A DNA stretch of 12,751 bases from Amoeboradix gromovi X-113 (lineage: Eukaryota; Fungi; Sanchytriomycota). Of the stretch, positions 1-9,631 are shown in pieces. Location: positions 1 to 12,751 of the forward strand of contig JADGIF010000253.1 of assembly GCA_018985225.1 (NCBI GenBank), read 5' to 3'. Made by a program: the position numbers and the translations under genes. The notes below the pieces were generated by a model. That model worked only from the letters and a program-made list of their open reading frames with translations. It had not been told where the DNA came from and made no database searches. Positions within the stretch are counted from its first letter, which is position 1; every line of letters starts with the position of its first letter.

Positions 1-3
1 TTT

Positions 4-125
4 ATACTCGTCAACTCCGCAACTAGCTGAATGTCCACTCGCCTCTTAAATCCATAAAATTAATAAAGCTGAAATAATGTGCCAAGTTGTTACTGAAAGT
101 TAGTCCAGTTTTTATATTTGATGTC
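4..125 (+). repeat. Left arm of long terminal inverted repeat (pairs with 12628-12749)
   Basis: Manual ungapped alignment to the reverse complement of 12628-12749 gives 118/122 identity. Positions 4-80 are perfectly identical; mismatches are at 81, 91, 92 and 94. Similarity decays after ~127. Confidence 0.97.
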
Positions 126-223
126 TCAATTGCAAAATTTTTATTAATTTTATTTTAAAGTGGCACTAATAACCATTGTGCGATTCACATGAGATCAATT
201 TCAGATGGCATCTTCAAAATTGT

Positions 224-795
224 TTAATTTGGTATCCATCCAGAATTCTTGGGACCTTCAGAAGCTTTAGAATGAACGAAGAGTGGCACAATCCAAATAC
301 ACTTATTCAACAGGCCAAGTTGCAGCATCTCTGGAAGAATCTGTTCTTCGGATTTAAAGTAGATTAGTGGCAGATCCACAAACTTGTCCAAATACAGTAC
401 TATGTTTTTCAAATCCCGGACTTCAGCATCCTTGTCTTCTAAAATTATTCGATTCCTACTGAATTCAAAATTGCAAGTTTCAACTTTTGTACAAGTCCCC
501 AAAGAACAGGAAAGTTTTCCTTTTGAGGGAAACAGCTTGACAAGCCACTTTTTTATCATTCACACTAATGGATAAGCACTTGCCATGTAAGTTAAGATAT
601 TCCGTCTACGAAAAAATAATACATTTCTTGAAACCACGATAAAATCTGCGCCCGCTTAATTTTAAATGAGGCGTAAACACATCTAAGAAATCCTCTAGCT
701 TTAGCACTCCTAAATTCCCCATTTACACCTTGTATGCAATTTAATAGCTTTGCAAAGTTCTCTTGAGACTTTATTACGTTAAAAGCGTCAAGCAA
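224..795 (-). pseudogene. Possible decayed gene of unknown function (two protein-like ORF fragments in different frames)
   Basis: ORFs 592-795 and 224-559 are tandem on the minus strand with globular-protein-like composition. No recognisable motif. Confidence 0.2.
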
Positions 796-1790
796 TGTAA
801 CAAATCTTTGCCGTTTCTTGACGGAAGACTGTCTTGATGGTCAAAATACTTTTATCATATGCTTTATTCATGCTTCGAGATGTAGAGATCATTAAAATCA
901 TGAATCGGAACTAGTAAGCCCAAATTTAAATACTTTTGCACCAGGAAACTGCCTCTATTATTAAAGAATTAGTATTTGCAATGAGAAAAGCTAAGAAAGC
1001 GAAATTTGCCACGATTTTCCTTATGTTCCACTATCTTAGTCAAATTTTTGCAACGGATTCTTGGGATTGTTAAATCTTCTTTAGAACATTATTGGATTAC
1101 ATCAGACCACTTCTGCAGCAACCTGCACCTAAATTCAAGAAAACCGTTCTGGATAAACATCTATTTGATAATTTTTGATTGCCTTGCATTATTTCATTTC
1201 GCGTCCCTGTTTTTGCATTCAATTCTTAGTATATTACTGCTGGAGTATTTGAAGGCAATATCCACAAGGTTGTTATTGAAAAAGTTATTGTTTTCGTCTC
1301 TTCTGGAGTTGTTCTAGGTCATAAATATTTGACTAGGGTCGTGTTCTAGCAGTGAATCTCAGGAACATCTCGAAAAGAGGAAATGCATCTTTTATATTCA
1401 ACTATCGTAATAATCTCTTATGTAGTCCTGAGTGCGAATAGCACAACTCTATTGCTGATCGACGACCTTAACTCTTCATTATTATTTCTAATATTTTGGC
1501 ATTGCGTGTATAATAAACCCATCAGGTTGAAAATATCCAAGAATACATCTAGCTTCTAAAAACACGAAATGGCTTATGGTTTTGGTCAAAGAACCACTTA
1601 ATATGAAGCCCAACTACAAGATTTAGTAATCTAGTATGCGTAGTACCACCATCATAATTTTACTCTTACGCCGCTAAATAAAGAAATTAGTCTTTCAATT
1701 TACTTCATAAGTCCTGAAATACTTAAGTGCATTCAAACTAGCCATACAAAGCGATAGTAAATATTTCATCGAATACTATGAGACTCAATT

Positions 1791-2124
1791 TCAGAAAACG
1801 TCCCAACTCCAAGTCGAAGGATCATCTGAAAGATGTGCCAGTCCCCATAATATGCTTTCAATCTCTTTTTCAATATGGAAATGCACCTGCAACATCTCTT
1901 TCAAAGTAGCTTGGCTGATTAGCCCCTGAGCATATGCTGCAATGTCTTAACCGACTACTGTTTTCATATTCTGTCTTGATATTTGTAATGTCGTCTGGTT
2001 CACAAGGCAGAACCTGGATGCCTTTCTTTCGCATCTAACAGCATGAAGATGTCGGACTCCTAGTGTGGTTTTTAGGCGTTCCTCCTGCTTGTAAATGAGG
2101 ACATTTTGTCAGAATGGGTTTCAT
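1791..2124 (-). pseudogene. Degenerate Fanzor1-like C-terminal fragment
   Basis: Manual minus-strand translation from 2124: MKPILTKCPHLQAGGTPKNHTRSPTSSCC*MRKKGIQVLPCEPDDITNIKTEYENSSRLRHCSICSGANQPSYFERDVAGAF, then a 1-nt frameshift (~1880) to HIEKEIESILWGLAHLS. This follows the Fanzor1 order GHxxxP...RKxGxxV..(D)E...CxxC...RDVxAAxNI...SxLxG. RLRHCSIC..ERDVAGA parallels RLRTCETC..DRDVNAS in the relic at 12204. The first CxxC is missing. Confidence 0.55.
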
Positions 2125-2298
2125 ATATCTGAAATATATGAATCCCGATTAAATTCTTCAGAAATGCAATGACGGGCTGCTTAACGACACTAATTAGTTT
2201 TGCTGTTTCTTTGAGCTAACTGCTAGCTCACTTACCGCAAAAATACTTTAATTAGCAGAAAAAATCTTGGGTAAATGGGATAATCAGAATTCTAGAAT

Positions 2299-3174
2299 TT
2301 AGATATTTATTTTCTTAAAATATGGTGAATCCACACCACAAACGAAGAGTTTGTCGCCCTTTAGCAACAATGACTCGGCCCGCATCCCAACTGGATATTT
2401 ATTCTTAAATTCTAATTTGTTTGACAGCTCGAAGTGTGTTACTGATCTGTCATTCGAACTAACAAACATATGGTCATTGTAGAATATTATATCGCTAATT
2501 ACATAGTTATGGAACTCTAAGCAGTAAACGTGCTTATCCTCAATTTTCAAATATCTTATTTTACTAGAATGTTCACAATAAATAGATCTGGGTGACACAA
2601 TTATAACAATCCCATTCAAGGTGCCAATTAGAAACAAACCTTCATAGCATCGCACCAACAATGGAAATGGAGGGTTTTCGCTCATAAAATCCAACGCAGG
2701 AGAGTAATCCAATGTCCTACACCTATCAAATCGCTCATAGTCAAAATAAACTAACTTTGAATCAAAATCAACTGCGACAATATATTCATTGGTGCAAACC
2801 AGAGTTGACAAATTGTAGCCATCAACGCAGGAACCTATAATGATGTCACCGTCCTTGCCTATTTTACCGATACTGGTTTGGAAACAGAGCAAGATAACAT
2901 CCATATGAATGCAGATATCTCGAATCTCGTCTGGAGAGTCTATCTTAAAAACAACTTCAAAATCGAACAAATTTAATTGTATAATGGAGTTGTCAAAGCC
3001 TATTACTAATGAATTTTCATACTCCACACATTTTAAAATAATGTTCTCAAATGTTTTAGAAAAAGCGGTAACTTTCATTTTGAAATCGTAGAGCTCTACA
3101 GAATATTCTTTTACAATGCAAATACCATTTTGAACCTGAATCAGCGAATGTAAAGCTTCTGAAAATCCAGTCAT
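2299..3174 (-). CDS. WD40/beta-propeller repeat protein (possibly WDR53-like), 291 aa from first ATG
   Basis: Uninterrupted ORF (open to a TTG at 3294; first ATG at 3174). It has repeated beta-propeller-like units: LVIGFDNSIIQLNL, IVAVDFDSKLVYFDY, FLIGTLNGIVIIV, FHNYVISDIIF..MFVSSNDRSVTHFEL, LFVCGVD. The NPPF motif before one blade recalls the WDR53 family (tentative). Confidence 0.7.
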   Translation of the reverse strand: MTGFSEALHSLIQVQNGICIVKEYSVELYDFKMKVTAFSKTFENIILKCVEYENSLVIGFDNSIIQLNLFDFEVVFKIDSPDEIRDICIHMDVILLCFQTSIGKIGKDGDIIIGSCVDGYNLSTLVCTNEYIVAVDFDSKLVYFDYERFDRCRTLDYSPALDFMSENPPFPLLVRCYEGLFLIGTLNGIVIIVSPRSIYCEHSSKIRYLKIEDKHVYCLEFHNYVISDIIFYNDHMFVSSNDRSVTHFELSNKLEFKNKYPVGMRAESLLLKGDKLFVCGVDSPYFKKINI

Positions 3175-3325
3175 CCCTTGCTTTAAAATTTCTCCGGCAT
3201 TAAAGCAATCCAAACCAAACGTCTTCTGGTAGTCCAGCAGAGAAGAAACCCTAACACATAGCCTTTGTTCTGGTAGGCTGGGTTGTAAATACAATCAAAT
3301 TTAAATTGGTTACTCTGTGTACTCC

Positions 3326-6280
3326 ATGACACATATCCAACAATTAAACCCCATCAACGAATTCAAAATGCGTTGTTTAACTGCTAAAAAATCAGCCCCT
3401 ATATCTGATCAGTCAAGAGATTACTGCATGTTATTTATTAAGAAATACTCAAAAGAATTCAAAGGGACTTTCTGCAATGACATCCAGTTCGTCATTAAAT
3501 CTTTCATTTCTAGAATCAAATCAAGTACTTATTCAAGTTATAAACTGTACAAATACAACAAGGATCCATTACTCTATGAGCAAATTCAGTCCAACAAACA
3601 ATTCTTGCTTTCGTTGGTTACAGAACTTATAAAAGGCTGTTATCCTGGTAATTCAGTCACTCGGATTCTACTCTATCTGGACATAATCAATTCCATTGTT
3701 CTAATTTTAGGTACCACTGAGTGTCTAATGCCGGATGGGTTTGACCCCCTTCACTGCAAGACACCTGAATTTCCATTTACTCTTGAATATCTCTATCCGG
3801 ATGAATTAATAATGGCTCTGCTGGAGTGCTTAAAGTCTTCTTTTGATTCTGTCAGGGAGTCGTGCCTGCAGTTGCTAATTAATCATTTTTTAAATCGTCT
3901 GGATGATAAAGTTAACTACATTACTACCCAAGGAAATCAATTGATACTCAGTTTTAGATCTAATGAGTCTAAAAGTGGTAGCATGTATTTGTATTTACTC
4001 AACCACTTGCGACCAATGACGGAACTAAACCTTCAGTATTTCAATAATCTAACAGAGAATATCGGCATATTAAACAACGACCTGCTGCTAGCAACAAAAT
4101 CAAACAACATAGAAGGCTATTTAATATACTTTACCAGGTTGTTAGTAGAAAAGAGAATGTCAATTCACTTTGATGATTATTATCCATTATTCAAGGTTGT
4201 AGTCCACAAGACCCTTCCTATAGTAGCGAGTGCTTGTCCTGAAGGTAATGATTTTGATTATATTCATGATAGTTCTTCACCAGCAAGTCAACTGTTATTG
4301 TCGTTTGCTTGGCGAAACATTACTTTGGCCAGTAATCTTTTACAGCAATGTATGAAGTCATGCACCTCTTCAGATAGTGCTAGTATACAACTGCTATTCA
4401 GCGAGATAGTTGAATTGGCCGTCAACATTCGTCACAGAGGTGCATTTGCTAATATATGTCCCATTTTAAGTGAAATGACTATTATTTGCAAGAGACTGCG
4501 GCTACTCCACATTCCAATGGATATTCTTCAGCTGTATCTAAGAGAGTATATTCACAAAAGTGATATAATTACCAGAAGATCGGCTGGTATTCCTCAGTCT
4601 ATTGTTGCACTATTAACTGCTTTAGATAGTGTAGATACCACTATAATGGTTATCAATACATGCAACACTACTATATATAATCATGTTACAGATGGTAGCG
4701 TTATTCACAGCATGAATATACTTCAATCTATATTTGTGGAATCATCATTTGGTGCATCAATATTCCCACTAGTGGGATCAGGATTAAAAATTGCAATATC
4801 GAATCTCGGTCATTATAACTGGCGCATTCGCAACTGCTCATTAATGCTCTTTAGTACTCTAGTTAAACGGACCTGCGGGTCCTCGGTGAGAACATGGACT
4901 AATGGTATCACTAGCAATGAGTTTTTCAACCGATTTGACATATTGCATGATGTAGAATTAGCCTTGAGCTCTAGCTACAACACATCTATATTTGCCTGCT
5001 TATTGTTGCAGAGTAGGTTTAAACCAAGTCAAAGTGAGGAAGCATTTGAGTCCTTAAAACCAATATTGGAATCATTAACGGAGCATGTGGATTTCAAGCT
5101 GAGAGTGTATGCTAGCCGATCTTTGGTACTTTTGATTAGAGATATTAATCCATACCTCTCTCGCCTTTATTCTTTTAGCAATAGTTTGGAGAAGAATATA
5201 AACAACAGCACCCATGGCCAACTGTGTATTATATTAGAGTACATACGGCTTAACAAGAAACCAGTTGAACTGGATCATGAGTCGGTGAGAACATTATACA
5301 GTTCATGCAATAGCGTAAACAAATCGATAATCATGACCATATACGGTGAATTGAATACTTACCCATCTTATTTAGTAGCTGAATTTCACAGGCTATTGAA
5401 TGTAAATAATCAAGGAATACTTTCTTCAGCGGTTTTTGATTTATACGCAACACGAGGAGATGACCAAATTTTGGAAAAAATAAGTGCTAGCTGTAACAGT
5501 ATTTACAAGCAGAGAATGAGATACTTGATAGAACAAAATTTGGGTATAGAGCAAAATCACGAGGAGTACTTCAGCCAGGTACCCTTAGAAATGAAAACTA
5601 AATTTAGCCTGAAAATAGACATAAAGATGATCAAATTAGTACAAACAAGTGACTTGGTACCGTTTATTATAAAAAACTTCAATGAGTATGAGAAAGAGCT
5701 GATAAATAACAATATACAAATAAGTAGCGAGTTACTAATGGAATTGAGAGGATTAATTGTAGGGGCTAGTACAACTTGCAAAATAAAGTTGATATTGAGT
5801 GGACTACTAAAGTGGGATAACAAATACGATGATAGAATTTTAGGTGCTTATGCACTATTGGCAATACTGCGTTCCAGCATGCACGAAGACTTGAAATTTG
5901 ATATTGTGATAGAATGCAGTTGGTACAGTATAATGGATGAAGAGCCAGGTATACGAGAATTAGGCAAGAAGATAGCAGAACACTATATAAATGTACAAGA
6001 ATTGGATGAGTACGAAATGTATGGATATTTGTTAAGTAAAGCAACGAGTGAAAAACAGTCCGAAATAATTAATGAACACCTAAAGTGCGTGAATGAACAG
6101 GACACTGACGCATTATTTGCCACTGAATATCCTAATGTTTATTATGAACCAATTTATTTTTACAGCGCATTAAAGAATATACTTAAATTGGGTCAGATGA
6201 CTGTTGAAATCCCAACAGATTTTACAATCAGAAACGATTTGTACTCTAGAAGAAGAGCTGTAGAGTGCCTAATAAAATAA
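3326..6280 (+). CDS. THADA: THADA/Trm732 family armadillo-repeat protein (DUF2428), tRNA 2'-O-methylation cofactor of Trm7/FTSJ1
   Basis: 984-aa intron-free ORF with DUF2428 hallmark motifs in the expected order: CPEG, LLSFAWR, IRHRGAF, ITRRSAGIP, IHSMNIL, WRIRNCSLMLFSTLVKR. Start is ATG 3326 or ATG 3368. Confidence 0.93.
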   Translation: MTHIQQLNPINEFKMRCLTAKKSAPISDQSRDYCMLFIKKYSKEFKGTFCNDIQFVIKSFISRIKSSTYSSYKLYKYNKDPLLYEQIQSNKQFLLSLVTELIKGCYPGNSVTRILLYLDIINSIVLILGTTECLMPDGFDPLHCKTPEFPFTLEYLYPDELIMALLECLKSSFDSVRESCLQLLINHFLNRLDDKVNYITTQGNQLILSFRSNESKSGSMYLYLLNHLRPMTELNLQYFNNLTENIGILNNDLLLATKSNNIEGYLIYFTRLLVEKRMSIHFDDYYPLFKVVVHKTLPIVASACPEGNDFDYIHDSSSPASQLLLSFAWRNITLASNLLQQCMKSCTSSDSASIQLLFSEIVELAVNIRHRGAFANICPILSEMTIICKRLRLLHIPMDILQLYLREYIHKSDIITRRSAGIPQSIVALLTALDSVDTTIMVINTCNTTIYNHVTDGSVIHSMNILQSIFVESSFGASIFPLVGSGLKIAISNLGHYNWRIRNCSLMLFSTLVKRTCGSSVRTWTNGITSNEFFNRFDILHDVELALSSSYNTSIFACLLLQSRFKPSQSEEAFESLKPILESLTEHVDFKLRVYASRSLVLLIRDINPYLSRLYSFSNSLEKNINNSTHGQLCIILEYIRLNKKPVELDHESVRTLYSSCNSVNKSIIMTIYGELNTYPSYLVAEFHRLLNVNNQGILSSAVFDLYATRGDDQILEKISASCNSIYKQRMRYLIEQNLGIEQNHEEYFSQVPLEMKTKFSLKIDIKMIKLVQTSDLVPFIIKNFNEYEKELINNNIQISSELLMELRGLIVGASTTCKIKLILSGLLKWDNKYDDRILGAYALLAILRSSMHEDLKFDIVIECSWYSIMDEEPGIRELGKKIAEHYINVQELDEYEMYGYLLSKATSEKQSEIINEHLKCVNEQDTDALFATEYPNVYYEPIYFYSALKNILKLGQMTVEIPTDFTIRNDLYSRRRAVECLIK

Positions 6281-6485
6281 CTGTTGATGATACTCTGAGT
6301 AGCTCTGTGATTGTGCAGCTCGATTGTTTTCTTGAATAAATTGATTATTGAGAATTTGTATGTATTTTTATACAGTTGCATGACTTTTCCAGTAGCTTAA
6401 ATACTCGATATTCTTCCTATTCACAAACGGTAAATGGAATAAATGGATGTAATCCCGAATATGTCAAATCTAAAGAAATAACTAA

Positions 6486-6803
6486 CAGTTACATTATACA
6501 AAGACAAATGATCTTATATACTTACCATCGTTTAATACTAGTCAAATGATAAGTAGCTTGTCGAGCAAGGACGCAAGAAATATGGCCACAATGTCCCATT
6601 ACACATTCAAGGAACGCTTGTAGTTCAAGTATAAACAAAGAGGAAAGAGGATGGTTGAGTGTAATGAACCATTTACTAGTCAGACATGTACAAGGTGTGG
6701 TACTCTAAAGAAAACCAATTTAGAAACATACACATGTACAAAGTGTCATTTGGAAATAGATAGAGACCATATGACAGCAAGGAACATATACATCAAGTAT
6801 CTG
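6486..6803 (+). pseudogene. Fanzor2 (IS607-TnpB-like) C-terminal fragment with premature stop
   Basis: One frame reads QLHYTKTNDLIYLPSFNTSQMISSLSSKDARNMATMSHYTFKERL*FKYKQRGKRMVECNEPFTSQTCTRCGTLKKTNLETYTCTKCHLEIDRDHMTARNIYIKYL, with an in-frame TAG at 6621-6623. It contains the Fanzor2-type LPxFxTSxM and SHYxFKxRL motifs, relocated RuvC-II Glu (NEPFTS), CxxC..CxxC zinc finger and RuvC-III DRD..ARNI. The N-terminus and RuvC-I are absent. Confidence 0.92.
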
Positions 6804-6814
6804 CATCCTTGTTT

Positions 6815-6910
6815 AATCCCGCCTCGGGGTAGTGAAAGTATGAGCATTCACTGTAACGGAGCATCTAGCATTGCTAATTTCTCTGGAAATTCTCGATTTT
6901 GTCGGAAATC
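6815..6910 (+). ncRNA. Candidate omegaRNA scaffold / right end of the Fanzor2 element
   Basis: Run of stems directly after the Fanzor2 C-terminus: CCC-gcctc-GGG (~6818-6828), AGTGAA/TTCACT (6831-6836/6847-6852), TAGCA-t-TGCTA (6866-6876), AATTTC/GAAATT (6876-6881/6886-6891) and CGA/TCG (6894-6904). The position matches where TnpB/Fanzor omegaRNAs are encoded. Confidence 0.45.
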
Positions 6911-6981
6911 AGGACTTTTAACGAGGAGCCTTAATCTATTGCCAAATAAATCAATTCTTATCAAGACTCTTAGTACAAAAG

Positions 6982-7190
6982 CTAAATGATTTTTTGGAAC
7001 GTACTTTTAAGTCCATACTCTATTATTTTTGCAGTACCATTATAACGACTATTTTTACACACTCAGGTCACCAACCTAGCTCTGTTTTAAAGTGCAACAC
7101 CTTGCTTGCACAACTTGGCTAGTAAATTCATCAATAAACTCCACCTGTGTCTTTACTAATCCTTTGCACTAAAACTTCAAGTGCTATTTA
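6982..7190 (-). pseudogene. Highly degenerate Fanzor1-like C-terminal fragment
   Basis: Minus strand, with two frameshifts: IALEVLVQRISK / KTQVEFIDEFTSQVVQARCC / VCKNSRYNGTAKIIEYGLKS. This resembles VxxIDEFxTSQVC...CxNxxC...AAxNI. The RD motif is missing. Confidence 0.35.
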
Positions 7191-7414
7191 GAGACGATGG
7201 AAATTTTTCCTAGCGTTGAAAAGCATCGCAAGCTTTCATTTTTGAATCAGTTTATAACGGTCGAAGCGTGTATTCTGTATATATCAGCGTCTCCTTTAGA
7301 TCCAGCATATTCGGCTCGCAAGGCTTGGACCAATTTATCCTAATGGATATTAAATATGACCCAAAAGGTTGCCTAGAGTTTTTCCAGCTTTAAAGGGGAT
7401 CAAGGAGCTGACAA

Positions 7415-8284
7415 ATGAGTAACCCATTCGAAGTACTTTCACCTGAAGATATTCCTTCCAAGGATTCAACCATTGTGCGACAGGTACCAACCCATTCGGG
7501 TAAGAGAGATTACCCGACAAGAGGAGTATCTAGAGGAATCAGTGTTCCAACTTCTACAAGAGGCGATCACAAAAGAGGTGGGCGAGGTGGTCGTCCAGGA
7601 AAGCGTGAATATGATAGACATTCTGGTACTGGTAAGACAGATTCAAACAAAAAAGATATTGCAGGGAAAGGGAGTTGGGGAAATCCAGCTGAAATAGTTG
7701 AAATATCGGAAGGCTCGTCAGAAGAAGCAGCAGAATCTCCTGAACCTGATGTACCTGTTAAAACCCTGGATGAATACTTGCAGGAGAAATCTGCGAATGT
7801 TAAAGTTGGTGTTGACACTGTACCTGAAGCAAGAAGACCTGTAGATTCACAATGGAAATCAGCTAATGTTCTGAAGAAGGAAGTGGATGAAGATTTATCT
7901 AAACTGATGTCCGGATCTCAAAAGACCAAGAAAAACAAAGAGAAAGAACAAAACAAAAAAGTTTATCTTGATATTGAACAAAAAATTGTAAGCCATGCCG
8001 ATGATAAAGATAATAGAAGCGATAGCCGTGGAAGAGGTAGAGGTAGAGGTGTGGACCGCGGAGATAGACCTTCTCGTGGCGACAGACCATCTAGAGGTGT
8101 AGATAGACCAGATAGAGGTACACGAGGTGGAGAGAGAGGATCCAGAGGAACCCGTGGCAGAGGAACCCGTGGAGAACGAGGCACTAGAGGCAGAGGAGGT
8201 CGTGGAGTTGAGCGTGGACGTTATGTCCCAAAAGGTGGTAACCTGAACATCCAGAATGAGAAAGAATTTCCCTCACTAGCGTAA
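7415..8284 (+). CDS. STM1: Stm1/SERBP1 (HABP4_PAI-RBP1) family RNA/ribosome-binding protein
   Basis: N-terminal NPFEVL, central GKREYDRHSGTGK..KKDIAGKGSWG and KTLDEYL, an RGG-rich tract, and C-terminal NIQNEKEFPSLA are all family signatures. Confidence 0.93.
   Translation: MSNPFEVLSPEDIPSKDSTIVRQVPTHSGKRDYPTRGVSRGISVPTSTRGDHKRGGRGGRPGKREYDRHSGTGKTDSNKKDIAGKGSWGNPAEIVEISEGSSEEAAESPEPDVPVKTLDEYLQEKSANVKVGVDTVPEARRPVDSQWKSANVLKKEVDEDLSKLMSGSQKTKKNKEKEQNKKVYLDIEQKIVSHADDKDNRSDSRGRGRGRGVDRGDRPSRGDRPSRGVDRPDRGTRGGERGSRGTRGRGTRGERGTRGRGGRGVERGRYVPKGGNLNIQNEKEFPSLA
8033..8218 (+). repeat. Coding RG/RGG low-complexity tandem repeats
   Basis: (AGAGGT)x3 at 8033-8050, RGDRPS units, and AGAGGAACCCGTGG duplicated at 8144-8157 and 8159-8172. 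Confidence 0.85.
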
Positions 8285-9128
8285 AGAAATAAATTTGGAT
8301 TGATATGATTTATTTTTTGTGCTCCTCAACTAATGATTGGACAATGCACGTGTTACGATTAAAGTGAATCAAAAGTGCAATTTTATTACTATGGTTTCCA
8401 CTGACTCTTTGTATGGTTATCTCTTCCAATAATTGATTCCAAAAGCTTTGAGTCAACTAAGACTGTAGTAGATTTAATCGCAATATTAGACCCGATTTTA
8501 TATTTAAAATTATGTAATATTGTGGAACAAAATTTGTATTTTAATTTCTTCACCACATTTTTAGGTTCATCCGTTGGCGAATGAATCACCTGCTTGTGGG
8601 AGATACTTTTTCTTTTTTAAGCCCAAGGGACGTGCAGTAAATAAACTAAAGGGCACAGTGATGACAAATGAAGTGAAATTGGGTCATTCGATGTTCTACA
8701 CTAATAATTATTTCATGAGATTCCATATAAAACTGCTAAATCCACTTACCGTCTAGTGAATCATTCTGTCTTGCTTCATTAAGTTTCTTTATTCGAAACC
8801 CAAATAAGATTAGAGTGTCCATGAGGAAGAATCTCCCCCCTCTAATCGCCATTAATTGTTGAGGATATGAATATAAATTTTTCATAAGCACATTTTGCCC
8901 TCAGCAAGAAGGTCAAGTATACAACTTATAACGACTTGCAGCGTCTCATTCACATCATTCAGAGAAACAAAAAACTGAACGTCCAGAGAGAATAAGATGA
9001 CGGTGCAGAGGAAAGAGGTAAAATTTAAATAAATGCGTTGAAATAGATTGTAAATATTTACTCAAGCTTCAGAAACTTCATCTTCTCTCTTTTGTTTTTT
9101 AGTCGCTCTTCCTACATTAGTATTAATA

Positions 9129-9564
9129 TTACTTCATTTCAGAAATTTCCTTTTTAACATCTTTTTCCACATCAAACTGAAGCTTTTCAGACTTCAAATT
9201 GACATGCTTGAACATATCGTTATTGTTATTTTCGTGTACGTCCACAATAAACTTCATATTGTCTGTAAATATAAATTCATGGACAAGTGGAACCACTTGA
9301 TCTTTAATTTGTTTCTTCATTGAATCTGCATGAATAGCATTCATACCGGACTATCTTATTGACACGAAGGATAAAGTATGGGCTGGTAGTGTGGTGATCA
9401 ATCGCAAGGAACAATGAAGAAAGCCTAAAGTACTCATTTGTCTCTTGAGTTGATGGCAATCTCATGAGTGAGATGATATGTACTGGAGTTGGCTTTAAGT
9501 AAACCATTGATGCTAACAGCTTAATAAATCACCTGACTATTGTTGGTCTTGATCGTGATTGCAT
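9129..9564 (-). pseudogene. Probable frameshifted gene remnant of unknown function
   Basis: Overlapping ORFs 9304-9507 and 9129-9344 join through a single frameshift near 9345-9350. The reading frame continues upstream through one stop (MQSRSRPTIVR*FIKLLASMVYLK). Confidence 0.35.
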
Positions 9565-9631
9565 TCAGATTCTATTAATGACAACAGAGCCAATCATTGA
9601 AATTGATTTAAAACTAGTGGGGGGATAAAAC

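Noticed and set aside
1006-1317. 103-aa Leu/Phe-rich ORF as a membrane protein
   Set aside because: It has a TTG start and low-complexity composition expected from T-rich DNA, with none of the start/stop signals seen at real genes here.
2299-3174. WD40 gene as Trm734/WDR6, forming a Trm7-cofactor cluster with THADA
   Set aside because: Trm734/WDR6 is ~1000 aa with three propellers. This ORF is ~290 aa and shows no specific similarity I can identify.
7473-8184. Short alternative-frame and antisense ORFs within STM1 (and similarly within THADA, WD40 and ORF 10517)
   Set aside because: They are shadows of longer, motif-supported genes. The Pro/Leu/Ser-rich ones arise from the RGG repeats.
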